The translations under genes were made by a program, and so were the position numbers. A stretch of 50,323 nucleotides of DNA from a virus (taxonomy: Duplodnaviria; Caudoviricetes), in IMG/VR virus record IMGVR_UViG_3300036825_000149, positions 1-50,323 of that record; one strand, written 5' to 3'. The notes below the pieces were generated by a model. The model ran no database searches and was not told the origin of the DNA. It was given only the letters and a program-made list of their open reading frames with translations. This document shows, in pieces, positions 1 to 10,278 of the stretch (position 1 is the stretch's first letter; the number at the start of each line of letters is the position of its first letter).

Positions 1-669
1 ATGTGTGGACGTTTTGCACAAGCCCAAACCCGCGAGGAATATCTTGCTTACCTAGCCGACGAAGCCGATCGTAATATCGCGTATGACCCGGAACCAATTG
101 GCCGGTACAACGTAGCGCCCGGAACAAAAGTCTTGCTGTTGAGCGAACGCGATGAGCAGCTGCACCTCGATCCTGTTTACTGGGGCTACGCGCCTGGGTG
201 GTGGGATAAACCGCCACTGATTAATGCTCGCGTCGAAACCGCGGCCACCAGCAGAATGTTTAAACCTCTCTGGCAGCTTGGACGAGCTATCTGTTTTGCG
301 GATGGGTGGTTTGAATGGAAGAAGGAAGGCGACAAGAAACAGCCCTACTTCATTCACCGCGCAGACGGTCAGCCGATATTTATGGCGGCTATCGGCAGCA
401 CGCCGTTTGAGCGTGGAGATGAAGCAGAAGGTTTTCTCATTGTGACCTCAGCAGCCGACAAAGGTCTGGTTGACATTCATGATCGTCGGCCGCTGGTTTT
501 GTCACCAGAAGCAGCACGCGAGTGGATGCGCCAAGATGTTGGTGGGCAAGAAGCTGAAGAGATTGTAGCCAACGGCGCTGTGCCAGCCGAGAACTTTATT
601 TGGCACGCTGTATCGCGTGCTGTTGGGAATGTTAAAAATCAAGGTGCACATCTTGTTTCTTCTGTTTGA
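1..669 (+). CDS. yedK: SRAP (SOS response-associated peptidase) family abasic-site protection protein, YedK/HMCES-like
   Basis: N-terminal MCGRF with catalytic Cys2; RYNVAP, INARVET, GWFEWK and IHDRRP motifs. Confidence 0.95.
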   Translation: MCGRFAQAQTREEYLAYLADEADRNIAYDPEPIGRYNVAPGTKVLLLSERDEQLHLDPVYWGYAPGWWDKPPLINARVETAATSRMFKPLWQLGRAICFADGWFEWKKEGDKKQPYFIHRADGQPIFMAAIGSTPFERGDEAEGFLIVTSAADKGLVDIHDRRPLVLSPEAAREWMRQDVGGQEAEEIVANGAVPAENFIWHAVSRAVGNVKNQGAHLVSSV

Positions 670-697
670 TATGGATTATCTTTTCTTATAAGATGAA

Positions 698-2494
698 ATG
701 AAAATTGTTACATATGCATATTTTTTTATTTTTAGCGAGCCAAATAATTTAATGGAATACTCTAATAATAATCTTATTGTAAAAATGATACATCTTCTTT
801 CAATTAAAAGGGATGGATTGATTTTGCTTGACGGGAGCTGGGGGGCAGGAAAAACTTACTTTATTAAAAACAGACTCCCTAATTACTATCACAAAAATGT
901 TTTCTATTACATATCTTTGCTAGGCATGAAATCCTTATCTGATTTCAAAGCTAAAATTATTGATTGTTACTACCTCCAGGATATACAAACACTACAATCG
1001 GGGCTCGAAAGTCTCTCTGGGATCGGTAGTATTACCTCCGGTTCTCCTGCAAGCGCCAATGTTATTAACAATATGTTTAATTCAATTGGGGCAAGTGTTA
1101 GAGAAAATATTCTCTCCAAGTTAGAGGGTGTTTTCATTTTGGATGACATTGAGCGCATATCCGAGACATCATTAGCCAATGAAATATTAACATACTGCCA
1201 CACTCTTTATATGGCCGGAACTAATTCGAATTTAGATTTCATTGTCGTTGGAAACTCATCATCCGAGTCTGGATTAAAAATCGAACACAAAGAAAAAATA
1301 ATTGCAGAAACTCTTCATTATAACCCATATCCACAAGAAATATTGGAAATGGATATAATAAAAGAAAAAACCTCTACTTTCCCTCAACAAGACAAAGAAC
1401 TATTTGAGGAGATAGTTATAAATAATAGCATAGTTAACATTCGAGTTTTAATACGTATATTAAATACTATTACACCAGTATATGAACATAAAGAATCGCA
1501 TCCTGAATTGACTTGGAGCATACCATCTATAACACTCTTAAATTCAATGTGCTCATTCTTTATACTCCTTTTTTTATATAATCGCCCTCTCGAAGAACTT
1601 CTAGCAAAGCAAAACTCAATACTTTCGTCAAACACTGATAAATCTAACGAACGGGAGAGAAGACTATGGTCATCATTGAACAGTTACATAATAACAACTC
1701 AGCTAAAGAAATATTTTAGTGGTCATATCTCGTTACAGGATGTCTTGGAAATTCTATTCTATCAGGCGAAACCACTTACTTTGAGGGATATTGCAACCTC
1801 CACACGCCCAGAATTACATGAGATAAATGAAAAAGAATTCGCCAAAACCCTCACATCTTTAATTTGTCGCGATGTAGACTGTGATTTTTATGATTGGTTT
1901 AGAGCATTTCAGAATTACGAATATTTAACTAGGTATAAATACCTTGCCAAATCACCAGTTATAACTTTGAAATTTGCCACTTCAATTTTGAATAACTTTA
2001 CTAACGATGAGATTTTAGAATGCTTTCAGCAATACAACCTTGATGAAAGAAGCAATTTAAATAGTGGATTTGAAGATAGCAGATTACTGTTCTCTTTTTC
2101 ATTTGCTCGCTATCAAAAAATAATCAAAAAAGACAAACTCAACAATATTAAAAAGCAAATAGAATTTAATGGTTGGGCATCTTTTGATGTGGACTCATTA
2201 ACAACCCTAGATCCATTCGGGAATTACAAGCCACTTGGGGTACTTGGTGCTCCGTTTATAGCCAGATGCATTCTGAAACATTGGAAAGTTAAAGACATAG
2301 AACACTTCCGTTCTTTCTTGCGGAGTAATTATCAAATCAGCAATATAAAACAGTTTGCTCTAAATGAAAAACATAAGCTAATTTACTTAAGTCAAATACT
2401 CGAAATATTTTGCATTTCAAACAAAGAGGGTTTTAAATTTGGAGCTATTTATGATCTTAATAATGTAGTGAAAAATGCCATTGCTATGTTATGA
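698..2494 (+). CDS. KAP-family P-loop NTPase (moron, candidate defence protein); start may be ATG at 752
   Basis: Walker A GSWGAGKT, Walker B VFILDDIER, long helical C-terminus; strongly AT-rich relative to flanks. Confidence 0.8.
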   Translation: MKIVTYAYFFIFSEPNNLMEYSNNNLIVKMIHLLSIKRDGLILLDGSWGAGKTYFIKNRLPNYYHKNVFYYISLLGMKSLSDFKAKIIDCYYLQDIQTLQSGLESLSGIGSITSGSPASANVINNMFNSIGASVRENILSKLEGVFILDDIERISETSLANEILTYCHTLYMAGTNSNLDFIVVGNSSSESGLKIEHKEKIIAETLHYNPYPQEILEMDIIKEKTSTFPQQDKELFEEIVINNSIVNIRVLIRILNTITPVYEHKESHPELTWSIPSITLLNSMCSFFILLFLYNRPLEELLAKQNSILSSNTDKSNERERRLWSSLNSYIITTQLKKYFSGHISLQDVLEILFYQAKPLTLRDIATSTRPELHEINEKEFAKTLTSLICRDVDCDFYDWFRAFQNYEYLTRYKYLAKSPVITLKFATSILNNFTNDEILECFQQYNLDERSNLNSGFEDSRLLFSFSFARYQKIIKKDKLNNIKKQIEFNGWASFDVDSLTTLDPFGNYKPLGVLGAPFIARCILKHWKVKDIEHFRSFLRSNYQISNIKQFALNEKHKLIYLSQILEIFCISNKEGFKFGAIYDLNNVVKNAIAML

Positions 2495-2532
2495 GATTGC
2501 TAGGCTGAAGAATAAACTTAATATGTGTTGTA

Positions 2533-3801
2533 TTACTTGACTATTAACAAATCTGAAAACCGAGTTGTATAACGCGGCGAAAGCATATCACGCTTCATTT
2601 GCCACTGCTGCTGTATGCCCTGCCCGGCAAAGTATAGCGTGCCTTTCCCATCTTTCGCATTCAGGTGATCAAGCACCTCCATCAGCTTATCGCTTCCGGC
2701 CCGCGGCGCGTTCTCATCGAACAAGTTGAGCTGGGCGATTCCCCGGCTGAAAAAATCTCCTAGCATGATTCCAGCCTTTTGATAGCGGTGGCCGTCCTTC
2801 CAGATTTTGTCCAGGCACTTTACTGCAGCGTTAATGATGTCTCGGGAGTCCTGAGTGGGGGTAAGAAGCTTCATGGACGCACTGTTACCGTAATATGGCT
2901 CATTCAGGGCAAAGGGGGAGGTCTTCACGGACGCCGAGATAAAACGGCAATATTGGTGCTCACCCCGTAGTTTTTCAGCACCACGGGCCGCATAACTGCA
3001 GATAGCTTGGCGCATCTGTTCATACTCGGTGACGCGTTCACCGAATGACCGGCTGCAGACAATTTCCTGCTTTGCTGGTGCAAACTCTTCCAGATCGAGG
3101 CATGGCTCACCACGCAACTCCCTGACCGTTCGCTCAAGTACCACGTTAAAGTGTTTCCGGATAATCCAGGTGCTTTGTTCAGAGAGGTCCAGAGCCGTTT
3201 TGATGCCCATCGCGTTCAGCTTCTTACTGATGCGCCTGCCAACGCCCCATACATCCTCAACAGGCACGATAGCCAACAAGCGACGCTGGCGATCGATATT
3301 GGACAAATCAACAACTCCGCCCGTCTGTCTCTGCCATTTCTTGGCTGCGTGATTTGCCAGCTTAGCGAGGGTTTTTGTCTGGGCAATTCCAACCCCGACT
3401 GTAAGGTGTGTGCGCTTCAGGACTGTCGCGCGGATCTCTTTTCCAAACTCTGTCAGGTCCCGGCAGTTACGTACTCCTGTAAGATCGCAAAAGGCTTCAT
3501 CAATACTATAAATTTCCACGCGAGGACTCATCTCCTCTAGCGTGGTCATGACACGGTTCGACATGTCAGCATAAAGCTCGTAGTTGCTACTGAAGCAAAC
3601 AACGCCTGCGCGCCGGAAAAGATCCTTTTGCTTAAAGAATGGTTCTCCCATAGTGATTCCGACCGCTTTTGCTTCTGCGCTGCGTGCGATTACACAGCCA
3701 TCATTATTTGAGAGAACGACAACTGGCCGCCCTCTCAGGTCCGGCCTGAATACAGTCTCGCATGATGCGTAGAACGAATTCACATCACAGAGTGCAAACA
3801 T
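2533..3801 (-). CDS. umuC: DNA polymerase V catalytic subunit UmuC (Y-family)
   Basis: [29 protein letters not shown] and C-terminal SPRYTT motifs; ATG at 3801 just after the umuD stop. Confidence 0.96.
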   Translation of the reverse strand: MFALCDVNSFYASCETVFRPDLRGRPVVVLSNNDGCVIARSAEAKAVGITMGEPFFKQKDLFRRAGVVCFSSNYELYADMSNRVMTTLEEMSPRVEIYSIDEAFCDLTGVRNCRDLTEFGKEIRATVLKRTHLTVGVGIAQTKTLAKLANHAAKKWQRQTGGVVDLSNIDRQRRLLAIVPVEDVWGVGRRISKKLNAMGIKTALDLSEQSTWIIRKHFNVVLERTVRELRGEPCLDLEEFAPAKQEIVCSRSFGERVTEYEQMRQAICSYAARGAEKLRGEHQYCRFISASVKTSPFALNEPYYGNSASMKLLTPTQDSRDIINAAVKCLDKIWKDGHRYQKAGIMLGDFFSRGIAQLNLFDENAPRAGSDKLMEVLDHLNAKDGKGTLYFAGQGIQQQWQMKRDMLSPRYTTRFSDLLIVK

Positions 3802-3803
3802 AC

Positions 3804-4223
3804 TCAACTCGCAGATTTAACGATAAAAGTTACAACACCAAACACGTCGAGCGTGTCCTCGCTGCCGACGATGATCGGTGAGTAAGCGCTGTTCATCGGA
3901 ATGAGCTGAACTGTCGGACGCAGTTGCAGTCGCTTAACAGTAAACTCCCCTTCCACTGCCGCGATTACGATATCCCCATGCTCAGCTGTGCGCGAACTAT
4001 CGACAACCAGTAGGTCGCCGTCGCTGATCCCTGCCTCAATCATCGAGTCGCCTGCAGCCTTGACGAAATATGTCGAACTTGGGTGAGACACAAGTAACTC
4101 ATTGAGATCGATACGCTGTTCAACGTAGTCAGCAGCGGGGCTCGGGAAACCACATTGTACTAAGTCGCTGAAAAGCGGAAGCGCGACAATTTCTCGCAGT
4201 TCTGCTGGCCTGATGAATTCCAT
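3804..4223 (-). CDS. umuD: DNA polymerase V subunit UmuD (S24 autopeptidase)
   Basis: CGFPSPA cleavage site, GDSM catalytic Ser, FTVKRL catalytic Lys; GAGGT RBS before ATG at 4223. Confidence 0.96.
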   Translation of the reverse strand: MEFIRPAELREIVALPLFSDLVQCGFPSPAADYVEQRIDLNELLVSHPSSTYFVKAAGDSMIEAGISDGDLLVVDSSRTAEHGDIVIAAVEGEFTVKRLQLRPTVQLIPMNSAYSPIIVGSEDTLDVFGVVTFIVKSAS

Positions 4224-4238
4224 TGCATGCACCTCAAA

Positions 4239-4258
4239 TACTGTTTTTACATACAGTA
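4239..4258. promoter_or_regulatory. LexA (SOS) box upstream of umuDC
   Basis: TACTGTTTTTACATACAGTA matches CTG-N10-CAG with TA flanks, immediately 5' of the umuD RBS. Confidence 0.92.
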
Positions 4259-4688
4259 GTTTTTGCGAGCGAACAGATCAAGCCGATACATTTTTATTTG
4301 ATTGTTATTTCGCCGCTTCGTTTATAACATCGCGTCGCTGTAGGAAATTTTGATTTGTAAATTTTGAAGTTGTAAAGCAAAAATCCGGGTGCCTGCCGAC
4401 ATCAGCCAGGCCCCGTAAGAATTGAGGAAAAACCTTGAAAATACGCACCATTTCCGTGGTGGGTATTATCTTTATAGGCTCGATACAGGGGAATGTCACG
4501 GATATATTTGTGATTGATTTCTCAATACTTTAAGGCAAACCACGCCGTTAAGTTGCGCTTAAATAATTTTGTTTGCCCACTTAATGTATAGGACTTGTCC
4601 CCGCTAAACCTCCCATTAACCTTTCATTTAAAATGGTTATGCTTCCATGTAATTTCACTTAGGCACGGATAGCCCAGGGAGGGAAACC

Positions 4689-4991
4689 ATGGAAGCCGAT
4701 ATGACGATGTGCGCTGCAGTTCTTCAGCTACTTTGTGATGGATTTGGAAAGGATGACCCGGTATCAAGACGTGATGCCTGCATGGCATTGTGTGGCTCGC
4801 TGGAGAGCTATGACAGGGTTATCGAAAGACTTGCTGCGCAGTTTCTGCTGGACATCGTTTACTTTCCAAATCGCTCTACCGGCAAAGAAATGCTTTTCCC
4901 CGTGCTCCATTACGGAACGGTTAAGCTAGTCAGGGCATCAAGTGTTGAAAATGTTTTAAGCTCTAATCTTTCTCCACTTCGTCGCCAGTAG
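4689..4991 (+). CDS. Hypothetical protein (100 aa), convergent with the tail fibre gene
   Basis: GGGAGGG RBS before ATG; no recognised motif; 3' end overlaps the fibre stop. Confidence 0.45.
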   Translation: MEADMTMCAAVLQLLCDGFGKDDPVSRRDACMALCGSLESYDRVIERLAAQFLLDIVYFPNRSTGKEMLFPVLHYGTVKLVRASSVENVLSSNLSPLRRQ

Positions 4992-6480
4992 TTGACTCCT
5001 GGTTGGATGTTTCGGCTTCCATCATTTCAGCAATTTCTTTCTGCCGTTGGTTCCAGATACTATCCTGCGGCATTTCAACACGCACACTGACAAACTGATC
5101 CGAAGGAATGTCTACCGGGTCCCCGTTAGCTACCGTCTCGATAAAATCACCGGCATCGTTTTTGTAGCCAATACGGTTACGGGCGAACTCCGGGGAATCT
5201 GGATGGGTCCGATGGTAGGTTTTTACGAGGACGGAGCCATCCAGGTTAACGTCATAATCAAGCCAGATAAGCGGCTGTTTGTTGCGGTCTGTGGGGATAT
5301 CAAAACCGCCGTCCCATCCTCCCCAGGCTGCGTCCGAATTGAGCGCCTCACATCCTTCAATAAGGTATTGGCCAACATCCACACGACTGACGGTCACACC
5401 TTCCGATTCCTCGTTAGTTTCAAACGACCCATCGGCAAATAGTTTTACTATTGGTGAGGCGGCTTTTAAAGTGCCATCGCTGGCTCTGGTAGTGTTAATA
5501 GTACTATAAAATTCAGCCCAGTTATTCCAAGGGCCATTCCCTGTATAAGTGCCGTTTAAAGCACGAAGAAACAACCGATTAGAATATGTTGCATACATTT
5601 GCTGACATCCATAAGCGGAAGGTGTCACATAAAGTGAACCGGCTTGCTGTATAGGATAGTTATTTGTCAACAAGGCGTTAGCATTTAATTTCTGAGCATA
5701 AACAGCCGCACTACTTTCATATCCTAGCGTATTAAGGTCAACCAGTAAGCTATTTATATTTAGAGCCAACGCACTTACATCAGCGGCCGTTGGTTTATTT
5801 TTATCCGTATAAAAATATTGATAATCAAGCCTGTTTCCGTCATCCCAACGAAGCGCAATTCTTCCAGCATTACTTGCGGGGATTATCAAGTGCCGGGAAT
5901 TTCTTACTCCACCGCCATCTTGCATTAACGTAATTGTATAAGCATATGGCCCCCCTGTTACAGCGTGAGTCCAAAAACCAGAGACTAACCCTGTAGGGAT
6001 GCTGTCATAACTATTAGATGAAACTGCCGGAGTTCGTGGAGCAGTCCCTCCCAAGCCAAAATCACCAGCCTGGAGAGTTGTATTTAATATTGAAATCCAT
6101 GATGGGCCAGTGTAAGTAGAACCATCAGGACGAGTTATTGTTACATTACCGTTTTCAGTTAATAACTTCTGCCAGTTATTTTCATTATTCAATGATAACC
6201 GTATGGCCTCGGCCACCTGATCAGCAAGCGCAGAAGCAACAAAGTTTTGAGCGCGGCGCGGAATTAATGTCCATGCGAGGCCGTTAGTCGTTGGGCCGCT
6301 AAATCTGCGTAACAGTGTTATGCTGGTATCGCTGTTTACCTTGTCTACTGGTAACGTATAAGGAACCGTCCCAACTTCCACATAGACAAAATCACCGGGT
6401 GTTACCTCAGTTAAAAACTTAGAACCAACGCCAGTTAACGCAGTTGAATTATTCACTAAATTAATAGTGCCGTTAGCCAT
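4963..6480 (-). CDS. Side tail fibre / receptor-binding protein
   Basis: Follows J; N-terminal GTINLVNNSTALTGVGSKF anchor, GDFGLGG fibre motif, knob-like segment (YPIQQAGSL...WNNWAEFY), DGTLKAASPIVKL-type C-terminal domain. Confidence 0.85.
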   Translation of the reverse strand: MANGTINLVNNSTALTGVGSKFLTEVTPGDFVYVEVGTVPYTLPVDKVNSDTSITLLRRFSGPTTNGLAWTLIPRRAQNFVASALADQVAEAIRLSLNNENNWQKLLTENGNVTITRPDGSTYTGPSWISILNTTLQAGDFGLGGTAPRTPAVSSNSYDSIPTGLVSGFWTHAVTGGPYAYTITLMQDGGGVRNSRHLIIPASNAGRIALRWDDGNRLDYQYFYTDKNKPTAADVSALALNINSLLVDLNTLGYESSAAVYAQKLNANALLTNNYPIQQAGSLYVTPSAYGCQQMYATYSNRLFLRALNGTYTGNGPWNNWAEFYSTINTTRASDGTLKAASPIVKLFADGSFETNEESEGVTVSRVDVGQYLIEGCEALNSDAAWGGWDGGFDIPTDRNKQPLIWLDYDVNLDGSVLVKTYHRTHPDSPEFARNRIGYKNDAGDFIETVANGDPVDIPSDQFVSVRVEMPQDSIWNQRQKEIAEMMEAETSNQESTTGDEVEKD

Positions 6481-6494
6481 TTTGTTACCCTCAT

Positions 6495-6520
6495 AAAAAA
6501 AGCCCGAATTATTACGGGCT
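6495..6520 (-). terminator. Intrinsic terminator between J and tail fibre
   Basis: AGCCCG-loop-CGGGCT hairpin followed by a T-run on the minus strand. Confidence 0.65.
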
Positions 6521-6537
6521 GAATATTCTTTTTTTGA

Positions 6538-9500
6538 TTAACTGGCCGTAAACGAGCCAGTACCACGCATGATTTGCATTACTGGAGCAATAATTTGCTT
6601 CCTTGAAGCGTTTGTAAGGCCAGAGGAGTCACTGACTGTAATTGTCGCGGTTATAGTCCTTGCGGTTATACCTGACTTAGCAAACACGACAGGCACAGCA
6701 ATAGCTGACGAAGTGCCAGATGCTGTCACGGACTGGTCTGGATATGTCTTTGTTTCACCGGCGATAGTTACAGAAACTTTCGCCACTGGTGTACTTGAAC
6801 CACTAGCACCATGTAAAAATACTACCGCGCTAACAACGGCTGTCTTTGGTAAAGAAGTATCAGCACTATCTGTATAAGTAAGCGTGGTACTGACTGAACC
6901 ACTCCCCATTTTGTCTTTATCTAACCCCAGAGCACCATTTACAATATCACCAACAAACGATTTAGCCTCAACTGTTCCGGTAAATTTCCCTCCTGTAGCA
7001 TAAATTGTGCCTCTGAATGTTGCGTTATTAAACTCAGCCTCGCCATTCTTCCCGATATACCAACCACTGATTCCTTTTACATAGTTTACTGAATAAATTT
7101 CGTTGCCAATCTTGGCATTGGTAATAGTCCCGTTACCAATAAACGCCTCCTTCAGAACGGCCTGACCGTTCACAACAGCAAACACCAGTTCATAATTGCC
7201 TGGTGTGCTTCCGGTATAAATACCGAACGTATCAGCCGCAAAAATGACGGTCGATTTATATCCGCCTCCTGATTGTGGTTCAATGCCAAACGCCATGCCG
7301 CAGTTATACTTCACGCCGTTCTTGTCGATACCGAGATTGAGGGTGTAGTACGCCGCAGCCGTTCCGTCTGACTTTACGTATGAGTCGAATTTCTGGTTTA
7401 CACCTGCAGTGAGTTCGCCAATCGAAGCGTTAACAGACGTTTCGAGTTTAGATACGGCCTGCTGCGCATCTGCTGCGGCCTGCCTGACCTCAAGAATATG
7501 CGCATCCTGTGTCTCGAACTGGGCCCGAACGCTGGTAGTCAGTTCAGCCATCGCTCTGTCCACTTCAGCAATGGTGGTGGTCACCACCAGAATTTCGGCC
7601 TTAACCTCGCCGTACTGCTCCCACTGACGGAACGATACCTTACCGATGGCCAACGAGTTATTCAGGCTTGCTTCGAGATTCGAATTGATGCCCTGGTTGA
7701 AATGATCCCACACGCCAGAGTTCTGGATTTCCTCATCGATATCACCAATCATATCTGCCGCATCCTGATTGGTGACTCCTTTCACCCATTCCGTCCACTC
7801 GCCCACGTTACCGATACGGTCAACCAGCCTCGCGCGGTACCACTGACTGACACCCGCTTTCATGGGCCCGTGCTGGTATGTTGACGAGGGATAGGCCAGC
7901 AGGGTGAGCTGCTGCGGATTCTGGAAGTCTGACGTGGTGGCCCGCTCAATCTCAGTATAAGCCGTGTCGCCTGAGCCTTCGGGGAACCCCCAGGCAAGGT
8001 CGATATTCCACACAACGTTATCAGTAGCGCGGAAGTTCGTCGGCGTGCCGGGTTTACCCTGCTTGCCGGAGAGGAAAGTATTGTCGGCGTAACCCCATGG
8101 TGATGACGTTTCCTGGGCGTTAAGCGCCCTCACTCTTACATCGTATGAGCCAGAGTAAATCCCCTCAACAGAGAAGCCCTGAGCGCTTGTAACAGGCACG
8201 TTAATCCAGTCGCCGTTGTCCTTACGCCACTGAGCAATATAACGGACTGCCCCCTCTACCCTGGTCCATGAAACATACATGGTAGCTACAGACAGCCCCT
8301 GGGCAACGTAATCCGTCTCCTCAACCACGATGTTTTCAGGGGCGTCGAGTACGTTAATCGGTGTGACCGTTATCGGTGGGCTTTCAATGCGTACGCCGTC
8401 ATCAATGTAACGGTATTTCTCCGGGTCGTGCTGAATAGCCGAAATGGTGAAACCGCCCGTTTCATCGTCGTTAGCGGCAACAGACATCACCCGAAAATAC
8501 TGGATAGCAACCTTGTCGCTGTCGATAGCCCATACAGCGCCGTAAACGGGTGTCTGACTGTATGCGGTTGTCAGGGTTACCGTATGCTCTTCGTTGTCCA
8601 CTGCCTCAATGGTGCGCGACTGGGTGGTACCGTCAGGCATGTTCATAACCAGACGAACACCGGCCCCGTAATCAATCGCGCGATCAAGAGTGACCACGCG
8701 CCCGTTAATCGCCTTCATACGGCCACCGTTCTGAATGCCCGCACGAAACGGATCGGCAACGCCTATCACCTGCGACGGTAATGGTATGTAGCCGTCGAGG
8801 CCGACACCAAATGTCACCGAGCCGTCTTTGACGCTCGACAGCAACGCCCAGCGGCCGCGACGGTGTGCCTCACTCTGTTTCGTGCACCCTATAGCCGTAA
8901 GCGTGAGCTGGTTAATCTGGTAACGCTCAACCAGGGCTGAGTCATAGACCCCTTCCACCGTGTCGCTGTAATGGTTGACAGGGTCAGACCATGACACCAG
9001 GCATGAGGAATAACGTTTTTTGTAGCTGCCGCCAGCGTAAGAGAATTCGCCGTTAATAACGTTTGACGCGGTATAAACCCAGTCAACATCATCCTGCGGC
9101 ACGTCAGCTTTAACAAAAAGCTGCTCGTTGCCCCAGAACGTGATCCCGCGAAATACCGCTGCCAGGTCGTTAAGTACCGTGTAGGCGTCCTGCTGGCTCT
9201 GAATAAACACATTGCAGGTGAAACGCGGTTCTGTGCCGCCCGCGCCGTCAGAAACCGATTCATCGCAATAACGTGCAATCTCGTAAAGCTCCCACTTATC
9301 AACCATGCTGGCATCAATGCGCGAACCCATACCGTAAATTTCATCAAGCAGGAGATCGTAAAAAATCCAGGCAGGATTATTGCTGTACGCCCATTTAAAA
9401 CCGCCCGACCAGCTTCCCGAATACGTGCGGTAAACCGGATCATAATTATCGGGCACACGAATGACTTTCCCCTTGGGTTTACAGGTCACTTTCGGCGCGG

Positions 9501-10227
9501 AGCCGTTAAACTGGCTAGCGTTGACCTCGATATAGAGGAGTGCGGTGTTTGGATAGCGGAGCTTGCTGTCGATCACTTCAGCGAAAGAGAACACGCTGAA
9601 GGCATTCACCAGTTTTGAGTCTGTTGAATCCTCAGTGACGCGACGAACTCGAACAGACCAGCCGGTAGTTGATTTCGGAAAATTTATACGGTGATCGCGC
9701 TGATAATCTGAGGTGGTTTTTCCGTCGAACTTACCCCTGAAAACTTCCTGCCAGGTTCCACCATCGGTGGAAAGATCAATGGCATACTCGGTTACAGTGC
9801 CCACCATGTCACCGTTATCCTTGTAACGGAAATGCCTCGGCAGGCTCAATTTAATACGAACGGCATCAAGTGCCAGGTTAGTAAACTGTCGGGTCCACGC
9901 AACAGGCTCAGTGACAACCACGCCCACAGACATTTCGTTGTTCACTTCCGGCAAGCCTGAAATGTAATCCTGATCCTGTGTTCCGGTGCGAAATTCCCAG
10001 GTGACGCCATCAAAGTTATAACCGCCGCTCGCGTTCGCCAGCGGGGTATCGTTCAGGTAAATATCCTGCGCGGTTAAATCGCCCTGAATTTCCCCCTCAG
10101 AAAGGGCCACCAACATTTTTAACGTGGCTTCAGAGAGCAGGTCATCGGGCTTCTCAACAGGTGTGTGCGAGCTTCCACCGCCCCCCTTCCTTCCTGAATA
10201 CGGGTTTTCCGTGAATGAATAGTTCAT
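6538..10227 (-). CDS. Tail tip / host specificity protein J
   Basis: 1229 aa; GRKGGGGSSHTPVE start, SNNPAWIFYDLL, EPRFTCN, FN3-like segments, coiled coil, IGNGTITNAKIG; lambda M-L-K-I-J order. Confidence 0.95.
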   Translation of the reverse strand: MNYSFTENPYSGRKGGGGSSHTPVEKPDDLLSEATLKMLVALSEGEIQGDLTAQDIYLNDTPLANASGGYNFDGVTWEFRTGTQDQDYISGLPEVNNEMSVGVVVTEPVAWTRQFTNLALDAVRIKLSLPRHFRYKDNGDMVGTVTEYAIDLSTDGGTWQEVFRGKFDGKTTSDYQRDHRINFPKSTTGWSVRVRRVTEDSTDSKLVNAFSVFSFAEVIDSKLRYPNTALLYIEVNASQFNGSAPKVTCKPKGKVIRVPDNYDPVYRTYSGSWSGGFKWAYSNNPAWIFYDLLLDEIYGMGSRIDASMVDKWELYEIARYCDESVSDGAGGTEPRFTCNVFIQSQQDAYTVLNDLAAVFRGITFWGNEQLFVKADVPQDDVDWVYTASNVINGEFSYAGGSYKKRYSSCLVSWSDPVNHYSDTVEGVYDSALVERYQINQLTLTAIGCTKQSEAHRRGRWALLSSVKDGSVTFGVGLDGYIPLPSQVIGVADPFRAGIQNGGRMKAINGRVVTLDRAIDYGAGVRLVMNMPDGTTQSRTIEAVDNEEHTVTLTTAYSQTPVYGAVWAIDSDKVAIQYFRVMSVAANDDETGGFTISAIQHDPEKYRYIDDGVRIESPPITVTPINVLDAPENIVVEETDYVAQGLSVATMYVSWTRVEGAVRYIAQWRKDNGDWINVPVTSAQGFSVEGIYSGSYDVRVRALNAQETSSPWGYADNTFLSGKQGKPGTPTNFRATDNVVWNIDLAWGFPEGSGDTAYTEIERATTSDFQNPQQLTLLAYPSSTYQHGPMKAGVSQWYRARLVDRIGNVGEWTEWVKGVTNQDAADMIGDIDEEIQNSGVWDHFNQGINSNLEASLNNSLAIGKVSFRQWEQYGEVKAEILVVTTTIAEVDRAMAELTTSVRAQFETQDAHILEVRQAAADAQQAVSKLETSVNASIGELTAGVNQKFDSYVKSDGTAAAYYTLNLGIDKNGVKYNCGMAFGIEPQSGGGYKSTVIFAADTFGIYTGSTPGNYELVFAVVNGQAVLKEAFIGNGTITNAKIGNEIYSVNYVKGISGWYIGKNGEAEFNNATFRGTIYATGGKFTGTVEAKSFVGDIVNGALGLDKDKMGSGSVSTTLTYTDSADTSLPKTAVVSAVVFLHGASGSSTPVAKVSVTIAGETKTYPDQSVTASGTSSAIAVPVVFAKSGITARTITATITVSDSSGLTNASRKQIIAPVMQIMRGTGSFTAS

Positions 10228-10237
10228 ATTGCGCCCA

Positions 10238-10263
10238 TAAAAAAGGCCACCCGAAGGTGGCCT
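10238..10263 (-). terminator. Intrinsic terminator-like hairpin between I and J
   Basis: AGGCCACC-loop-GGTGGCCT followed by a T-run on the minus strand. Confidence 0.7.
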
Positions 10264-10278
10264 GTCAGAAAAGGATAA

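Noticed and set aside
4963-7140. Diversity-generating retroelement or invertible tail-fibre cassette
   Set aside because: No reverse transcriptase, invertase, template/variable repeat pair or flanking inverted repeats seen.
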